Shown here one piece after another: positions 57,819 through 64,000 of a stretch of DNA of 64,000 nucleotides; within the stretch, counting starts at the first letter, position 1, and each line of letters starts with the position of its first letter. The notes beneath the pieces were generated by a model. It saw only the letters and a list, made by a program, of their open reading frames with translations, made no database searches and had not been told where the DNA came from. The stretch is from Nitrospirota bacterium (GTDB taxonomy: Bacteria; Nitrospirota; UBA9217). A program made the position numbers and the translations under genes. The stretch is from NCBI GenBank assembly GCA_963663225.1, contig OY760142.1:288001-352000 (forward strand). Direction: 5' to 3'.

Positions 57819-58553
57819 ACCCGGCACATGGGCCTCCATTTTTGCTTTAACTCTGATGAGGGCCTGGTTATGCAACTGACAAACGCGCCCCTCGGTAAGA
57901 TTCAGGACCTTGCCGATTTCCTTCATCGTCAGTTCGTTCCAGTAGTACAAAGACAGGACAAGTTTTTCTTTTTCCGGAAGCCCCTCAATGTGCTGTGCAA
58001 GCGCCTCTTTGATGGAAGCGTCTTCAAAGACCTCAAAAGGAGTCCGTGCAGTCGGATCGGCAATGCGTTCAGAAACATGCATTTCATGGTCATCAAACAT
58101 TGAACCGTTAAAGTCTTCCAGACTCAGCATGACGGCTGCATGAGCGTCCTGGGTGATCTTGTAATAGTCATCGAGGGAAATTCCGAGGTGTTCCGCTATT
58201 TCGTCATCATACGGAGGACGACCGAGCTCCTGTTCAAGCTTCTGGAACGCTTTCCGGATTGTGCTGATTTTGCTCTTTACCGAGCGAGGAACCCAGTCCT
58301 GAGACCGCAACTCATCGAGCATGGCACCCCGGATGCGGTGTTCAACGAAGGTGCTGAGTTTTACCCGGCCTTCTTCGTACCGCTGCAGAGAGTCCAGGAG
58401 CCCGACAATCCCGCTATTGATCAGGTCGTTGATAGTCAGCTGAGGCGGGAGCCGCTTTCCTAGACGATACGCGGTATATTTGATGAACGGGAGAAAGTCT
58501 TTAATGATCTGTTCTTTTTCCTGTTCGCTTATTTCCGTTTTATATCCAAGCAT
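57816..58553 (-). CDS. fliA: Flagellar sigma factor FliA (sigma28)
   Basis: RIRGAMLDELRSQDWVPRS and ELTMKEIGKVLNLTEGRVCQLH motifs; ATG at 58553. Confidence 0.95.
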   Translation of the reverse strand: MLGYKTEISEQEKEQIIKDFLPFIKYTAYRLGKRLPPQLTINDLINSGIVGLLDSLQRYEEGRVKLSTFVEHRIRGAMLDELRSQDWVPRSVKSKISTIRKAFQKLEQELGRPPYDDEIAEHLGISLDDYYKITQDAHAAVMLSLEDFNGSMFDDHEMHVSERIADPTARTPFEVFEDASIKEALAQHIEGLPEKEKLVLSLYYWNELTMKEIGKVLNLTEGRVCQLHNQALIRVKAKMEAHVPG

Positions 58554-58563
58554 ACGATTGCCC

Positions 58564-59400
58564 TCATGAGTGCGTTGATGCCGACAAAAGGTTCCCGATG
58601 AAAAACTGAAGCGTACCTTTAACTTTGGTGCCTTGTTCACTGAATTTTTTCGCCAGTTCGCGAATGCGTTGCGATGTCGGCGTATTGGGATACACGTCGA
58701 TGAAAGCCTTCTGTGCCCGAACGGCCTTGGGCACCATTTCATCAAAGGGCAGGTCGCCAAGGTAATTCAGAGAAATACTCAGAAATTTCTCCGTTGCGGA
58801 TGACAGCCTCCGGAACACGTCATATCCTTCTTCCGGACTCCTGGCCGAGTTCACGAGCACGTGAAATTCCTTTTCCTGATACCGCGTGCACAGCACCTTG
58901 ATCAGCGCGTAGGCGTCGGTGATCGCCGTGGGTTCGGGCGAAGTGACAATGACGATTTCCTGCGCTGCGATGCAGAAAAATGCGACATTTTCTGAAATTC
59001 CCGCTGCCGTGTCGATCAGGAGCACGTCGAGATCGCTGACATACGAGTCGAATTCTTCCATGATCTTGAGGCGCTGAAACTCGTCCAGTGCGGTCAGTTC
59101 CTGAACGCCGGATCCTGCCGGCAGAATCTTGATGCCGTGAGGGCCTTCCACGACCACATCGCGAAGCGACATTTCTCCGCGCAGAACGTGCTGAATATTG
59201 TAATGCGGCGCAAGATGGAGCAGCACATCGATGTTGCTTAATCCCAGATCGGCATCGAAGATCATGACATTCAAACCGCGGGCCCGCATGGCGATGGCAA
59301 GATTCGCCACGACATTGGTTTTGCCGACACCGCCTTTGCCGCTTGCAACGGCTATCGTCTTTACACAGCGCTTTTTTCCGTCCTGATTTTTTATCAGCAT
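58564..59400 (-). CDS. flhG: Flagellar number regulator FlhG (FleN)
   Basis: SGKGGVGKT, DADLGLSN and PEPTAITDAYALIK motifs. Confidence 0.93.
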   Translation of the reverse strand: MLIKNQDGKKRCVKTIAVASGKGGVGKTNVVANLAIAMRARGLNVMIFDADLGLSNIDVLLHLAPHYNIQHVLRGEMSLRDVVVEGPHGIKILPAGSGVQELTALDEFQRLKIMEEFDSYVSDLDVLLIDTAAGISENVAFFCIAAQEIVIVTSPEPTAITDAYALIKVLCTRYQEKEFHVLVNSARSPEEGYDVFRRLSSATEKFLSISLNYLGDLPFDEMVPKAVRAQKAFIDVYPNTPTSQRIRELAKKFSEQGTKVKGTLQFFIGNLLSASTHS

Positions 59401-60464
59401 GGGACACACTCCCTGTTCACGATAAGACCCGCTAACCGGTTCACGGTCGGGTATTCTATATCACCGGGGACCCGCTGCCCGGTGGTGAGATACGCTACAG
59501 GCTTCTGGTACGTGGTCATAAGATTGTAGAGCGGTCCGAACCGGACGGCTTCATCAACTTTCGAGAAGGCGACATAATCAATGGGAAGGTTCCGGTAATG
59601 ACGGTACGATTCGATCATGAACTCGTCGTCCCCGTTTGCGTTCATCAGCAGGTGCAGTTCCAGGGGAACGCCCGCGGCCTTGCAGATTTCATCCATGCCC
59701 TTAATATATGCACCATCGCGTGGATTTCTGCCTATGGTATCTATGAAAATGACGTCCTTGGTCTGTGCAAACTTCGCAAGCGCGCTCTTGAATTCCGTTA
59801 TGTTCGACACCGTGGCAAGGGGAATGCCGAGGATGTTCGAGTAAATCCGCATCTGCTCCACCGCACCGATCCGGTAGGTATCAAGGTTGACGATGCATGC
59901 CCGTTTTTTGTTTTTGATCGCCTGGGCCGCGAGTTTCGCGATGGTCGTGGTCTTACCGACGCCGGTCGGCCCGATCAGCATAACGGCCTTCTTCATGCCC
60001 TGATGCCGCTTGATTTTGATCTCCGACGATATCAAAAGAGGAATATCGTCAAGGTCTTTGGCTTTTTCGCACAAAAGGACTGCGTATTCATCCCGTATTG
60101 ACTGTTTTCTGAGAAACGCCAGAATCAGTTTTTTCTCTTCCGGAAGATCCACTTCATACCCCCGGCTTTTCATGCTTTCAATGGCCTGCCGCAGGCTTCC
60201 TATTTCGTCCTTTATCTCATCAACAAGAGCGGGTTTGGATGGTTCCGGCATCGCTGCCGTCATCGCCGAGGCCTGGGTCACGGTCTTGCTTTGGACCGGT
60301 GTTTTCTGGACGGCATCATAATCGACACCGGCCGTAATCTCCACGCTCGGAACAAGTCCTTTCTTTTCTTTGGTGGACAGAATTACAGCATCGTTGCTCA
60401 TTTCCTTTTTCACCAGATCGAGTGCAGCGGAAAATGTGCGGGCTTTAAATGTCTTAATCTTCAT
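59394..60464 (-). CDS. flhF: SRP-family GTPase FlhF
   Basis: MKIKTFKA, GPTGVGKTTT, DTYRIGA, KVDE and TTGQRVP motifs. Confidence 0.94.
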   Translation of the reverse strand: MKIKTFKARTFSAALDLVKKEMSNDAVILSTKEKKGLVPSVEITAGVDYDAVQKTPVQSKTVTQASAMTAAMPEPSKPALVDEIKDEIGSLRQAIESMKSRGYEVDLPEEKKLILAFLRKQSIRDEYAVLLCEKAKDLDDIPLLISSEIKIKRHQGMKKAVMLIGPTGVGKTTTIAKLAAQAIKNKKRACIVNLDTYRIGAVEQMRIYSNILGIPLATVSNITEFKSALAKFAQTKDVIFIDTIGRNPRDGAYIKGMDEICKAAGVPLELHLLMNANGDDEFMIESYRHYRNLPIDYVAFSKVDEAVRFGPLYNLMTTYQKPVAYLTTGQRVPGDIEYPTVNRLAGLIVNRECVPC

Positions 60465-62496
60465 ACTTCACCACCCCTGTTGTATAGAGTTTTACCGATG
60501 GAGCGATTTCTGCATTTGACAAAACCGTCAACGTAGGAAGGAACCGTTCCGTAATTTTTCTCAGGAACCTTCTCACCGGAACCGAGCACAGAATAATGGG
60601 AAAGCCTCCCCGGAACCTGTCGCCTTTTGCCGCATTATCAATAGCCCGCAACAGCTTCGTGACCATATCCGGCCGGAGCGCACCGCCTTCATCCATAGCC
60701 TGCGAAAGGGCCCGTTCGAACCGGGGATCCAGCGCCATAACATTAATGCTCCCGTCAGACGCCGCGTACTTGCGGGTAATGTACCGCGATAATGTCTGCC
60801 GCACATACTCAGTCAGCTGTTCCACATCCTTGACGGAAGGTGCATAGTCAAGCAGTGTTTCGAGTATCGCCACCAAATCATTGATCGGCACCCGTTCTTT
60901 CAGCAGATTCTGCAGCACGCGCTGCACACCGCCAAGCGTCAGATAGGCAGGAATAAGCTCCTCCACGATCTTGGGATAATTCTTCGAAATTGCGTCAAGC
61001 AAATGCTGCACTTCGGTCCTGGTCAGCAGTTCCCAGGCATGCGTCTTGATCACCTCGGCGATATGCGTCGCCATCGCCGTTGCAGGATCCACCACCATAT
61101 ATCCCCGCGCCTGGGCGTTTTCCACTTCCTCTTCGCGGATCCAGAAGGCGGGCAAGCCGAAAGCCGGTTCTTTGGTCGGAATCCCTTCAATGCGTTCCAT
61201 CTCGCCAGAAGCCATCGCAAGACGATATCCCACCATGACTTCACCTTTTGCCGCCTCAATGCCTCTGAGGGAGAGACAGTATTCGTGAGGCCTGAGTTGC
61301 AGGTTGTCCTTGATATGGATAGAAGGCACGACAAAGCCGAGTTCGCTCGCAAGCTGTCTGCGCATGGCTTTTATTTTGCTCAATAATTCCGACTTTCCTG
61401 ACTCGACAAGCGGTATGAGGCCATATCCGATTTCGAATGTAAGTGGCTCTATTTCCACATACGGTTCGATTTCCGGCTCTGCCTGAGCTTGTGGCGCCGC
61501 CTCATCCTGCTTCTCTTCTTTCTTTTCGGCAGGCGCATTCGCAAGCAGGTACGCCATGCCACCGGATGCAGCAGAGAGAAGGAAGAATGAGAGGTGAGGA
61601 AGCCCCGGGATAATACCGAGCACCGCCATAACACCTGACGCGGTCGCAAGTGACTTCGGGTTGATGAACACCTGACGAGTGATGTCTTTTCCAAGATCGC
61701 TGTCGCTCCCCGCACGGCTGACGATAAGGCCTGCGGTCGTGGAAATAAGCAGCGCCGGCATTTGCGTTACAAGACCGTCACCAATGGTCAGAATCGTATA
61801 GGTCCGGGCCGCGTCGGCAATAGCCATGCCCTGCTGCAGCGTTCCGATGACAAATCCGCCCACTATGTTAATGGCGGTGATGATGAGACCGGCGACGGCG
61901 TCGCCCCGCACAAACTTGCTCGCGCCGTCCATGGCGCCGTAAAAGTCGGCTTCCTGGGCTATGACCGCACGCCGTTTTCGTGCCGTATTCTCATCGATCA
62001 GTCCGGCATTGAGGTCCGCATCGATGGCCATTTGCTTTCCCGGCATGGCGTCGAGGACAAACCGTGCGGCCACCTCGGCGATTCTTCCCGATCCCTTCGT
62101 AATGACGACAAAATTAATGACCACCAGAATCAGAAAAACGGTCAGTCCGACCGCATAATTTCCGCCCACAACGAAATTGCCAAAGGCCTTGATCACTTCT
62201 CCGGCTGCCCCTTCGCCTTCGTTCCCCTTCAAAAGAATCAACCGTGTCGAAGCCACGTTCAAAGCCAGACGGTAGAGTGTCGTCATCAGCAGAATCGACG
62301 GGAACACCGACAAATCCAAGGGTTTCTTGATAAAAATGCCGGTCACCAGAATGACAATGGACAGGGATATAGAAAATGACAGGAGCATGTCCAGCACGAA
62401 CGGCGGAATAGGAAGAATCATGACGCCCAGAATCGTGACAACGCCCAATGCCACCATGATATCCGCCCGGTTTTGAATCATCGTAAGAATGCCCAT
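60454..62496 (-). CDS. flhA: Flagellar export protein FlhA
   Basis: RIAEVAARFVLDAMPGKQMAIDADL and FYGAMDGASKFVRGDA motifs. Confidence 0.97.
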   Translation of the reverse strand: MGILTMIQNRADIMVALGVVTILGVMILPIPPFVLDMLLSFSISLSIVILVTGIFIKKPLDLSVFPSILLMTTLYRLALNVASTRLILLKGNEGEGAAGEVIKAFGNFVVGGNYAVGLTVFLILVVINFVVITKGSGRIAEVAARFVLDAMPGKQMAIDADLNAGLIDENTARKRRAVIAQEADFYGAMDGASKFVRGDAVAGLIITAINIVGGFVIGTLQQGMAIADAARTYTILTIGDGLVTQMPALLISTTAGLIVSRAGSDSDLGKDITRQVFINPKSLATASGVMAVLGIIPGLPHLSFFLLSAASGGMAYLLANAPAEKKEEKQDEAAPQAQAEPEIEPYVEIEPLTFEIGYGLIPLVESGKSELLSKIKAMRRQLASELGFVVPSIHIKDNLQLRPHEYCLSLRGIEAAKGEVMVGYRLAMASGEMERIEGIPTKEPAFGLPAFWIREEEVENAQARGYMVVDPATAMATHIAEVIKTHAWELLTRTEVQHLLDAISKNYPKIVEELIPAYLTLGGVQRVLQNLLKERVPINDLVAILETLLDYAPSVKDVEQLTEYVRQTLSRYITRKYAASDGSINVMALDPRFERALSQAMDEGGALRPDMVTKLLRAIDNAAKGDRFRGGFPIILCSVPVRRFLRKITERFLPTLTVLSNAEIAPSVKLYTTGVVKYED

Positions 62497-62521
62497 TCTT
62501 CTTATCTCCTGGTCGCGTACG

Positions 62522-63556
62522 CTATGCGACGCCTTTCAGCTTATAGATGTACGCAAGAATCTTTGCCACTGCACGGTACAGCTCTTCCGGGATGGGTTCG
62601 TTCAAATTCAATTTGTACAGAGTGCGGGCCAACGGTTTGTCTTCCACGATCGGAACGCCGTGTTTGCGGGCGAGCTCTCTGATGTTCGCGGCAACGAGTT
62701 CCGCTCCCTTTGCGACCACCCGGGGGGCGGCCGTCCCGCCCCGCTCATAGCGCAGGGCAACGGCAAGATGCGTCGGGTTGGTTATAACCACAGTCGCCTT
62801 GGGGACTTCCTGCATCATCCGTCTGCGCGCCCGTTCTTTCTGGAGGCTGCGGATTCTCGATTTCATGATGGGGTCCCCTTCTGATTCCTTGAATTCATCC
62901 CTTATATCTTTCTTGCTCATTCTGATGGATCGTTCAAACTGCCATTTCTGCACGAAATAATCGATGACGGCGATAACGGCAAAAAATCCGAAGCCGTACA
63001 TGACCGATTGCGCAATAAGCTTCATGGATGCCGGCATAATTTCCTGCAGATCCATGGCCGACAGCTGAGGAAGAAAAGCGAACGTTTTGCTGATAATAAA
63101 ATAAAATGCCAGACCGCCTGCTATAAATTTCAAAAGGCTCTTGCCGAATTCCATAAGACCTTCAAGCGAGAAGAGACGTTTTATGCCGGTTAATGGGTTC
63201 AGTTTCTCCAGATTCAACTTCATCGGCTTTACCAGAAACCCTCCCTGTGCCACCGAGGAAAGCAGGGCGGCAAGAACGGCAATGGCGAAAAACGGTGCCA
63301 ATATCCAGAATGTCTCCGTTCCTGCGACATACAGCGCTCGAAAAGGATCTCTGCCATACCGGAGGCCGAGCATGTCGCTCATCATCCGTGACAGATGCTC
63401 CATGAGCGATCTGCCGGTAAAATACAGCATAAACAGAATGCCGCTCATGACCGACAGGGCGACCATGTCCCTGCTTCTGACAATCTGGCCTTTTTCCCGA
63501 GCCTCGTCGCGTTTTTTTTGTGTACCGCGTTCTGTTCTGTCTTCTTGTTCCGCCAT
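62522..63556 (-). CDS. flhB: Flagellar export protein FlhB
   Basis: EGDP and VITNPTH autocleavage motif. Confidence 0.97.
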   Translation of the reverse strand: MAEQEDRTERGTQKKRDEAREKGQIVRSRDMVALSVMSGILFMLYFTGRSLMEHLSRMMSDMLGLRYGRDPFRALYVAGTETFWILAPFFAIAVLAALLSSVAQGGFLVKPMKLNLEKLNPLTGIKRLFSLEGLMEFGKSLLKFIAGGLAFYFIISKTFAFLPQLSAMDLQEIMPASMKLIAQSVMYGFGFFAVIAVIDYFVQKWQFERSIRMSKKDIRDEFKESEGDPIMKSRIRSLQKERARRRMMQEVPKATVVITNPTHLAVALRYERGGTAAPRVVAKGAELVAANIRELARKHGVPIVEDKPLARTLYKLNLNEPIPEELYRAVAKILAYIYKLKGVA

Positions 63557-63558
63557 GG

Positions 63559-64000
63559 TTAACCCTTTGCCGCAGCGATGGCCCTCAGCATGTCATCCTT
63601 GATGCCGGTAAAATAATCACCCACCACATAGATGAATACGGGCATGCTGATGATCATCACCAAAAAACCGAGTGCAATGTAGATCGGATATGCAACGAAA
63701 AAGATGTTGATCTGGGGCACCGCCTTGTAAATGAACCCAAGCAGAATATTCGCGATCAGCATAATCGTTACCACCGGGGCGCAGACTTTGATCGCGATAA
63801 TGAACATTTTGCTTCCCATAGCGATGATGGAAAAAACAAGGCTTTGTATATTGAGATGGCCTGCAGGTATCCATTCATAGCTCTTGACGAATATCGTGAT
63901 CAGATCATGATGGGCGTCCATGGAAAGAAAAACGAACATGGCAATGATGCCGTAGACCATGGAAATCTCCGTGGACTGACCCATTTCCGGGTTGAAGACG
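63559..64000 (-). CDS. fliR: Flagellar export protein FliR (5' part outside window)
   Basis: Hydrophobic, KAVPQINIFFV motif, directly upstream of flhB. Confidence 0.9.
   Translation of the reverse strand, partial: VFNPEMGQSTEISMVYGIIAMFVFLSMDAHHDLITIFVKSYEWIPAGHLNIQSLVFSIIAMGSKMFIIAIKVCAPVVTIMLIANILLGFIYKAVPQINIFFVAYPIYIALGFLVMIISMPVFIYVVGDYFTGIKDDMLRAIAAAKG

Noticed and set aside
57816-58760. Long N-terminal extensions in the ORF track (fliA, fleS-like, fleR-like, cheA, cheW, pseudo-kinase)
   Set aside because: They overlap neighbouring genes or lack an SD; downstream starts with good SD sequences give normal-sized proteins.
1-64000. CRISPR arrays, IS elements, integrases, prophage, tRNA or rRNA
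   Set aside because: No spaced repeats, transposase or integrase ORFs, or structural RNA signatures were seen; the window is densely coding with motility genes.

Overview
This window is a bacterial flagellar motility and chemotaxis supercluster of about 58 genes, with no rRNA, tRNA, CRISPR array or mobile element seen. Gene content suggests Nitrospirota (Thermodesulfovibrionia-like) or a related Desulfobacterota-type lineage, which is inference only. From left to right: (1) a 5'-truncated protein with two radical SAM domains and a 1705-aa four-domain glycosyltransferase, convergent on (2) a sigma28-driven flagellin, divergent flagellin-like gene, flbT, flaF module of alphaproteobacterial type; (3) a divergent sigma28 operon coupling a response regulator, an HD-GYP phosphodiesterase, a PilZ protein, a soluble kinase and two different stator pairs; (4) a first chemotaxis system with an MshEN-like motif in CheA, a His-less pseudo-kinase and a sensor-less MCP carrying a CheZ-like motif; (5) flgBC-fliEFGHIJ with a FleQ/FleSR-like sigma54 cascade whose cis-elements are readable in the DNA; (6) a second sigma28 chemotaxis system with a HEAT-repeat protein, a CheW-CheZ fusion, a hemerythrin and two chemoreceptors with an extra Cache domain at the cytoplasmic C-terminus; (7) fliA-flhG-flhF-flhA-flhB-fliR. 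All domain calls come from motif recognition by eye; no database search was run.
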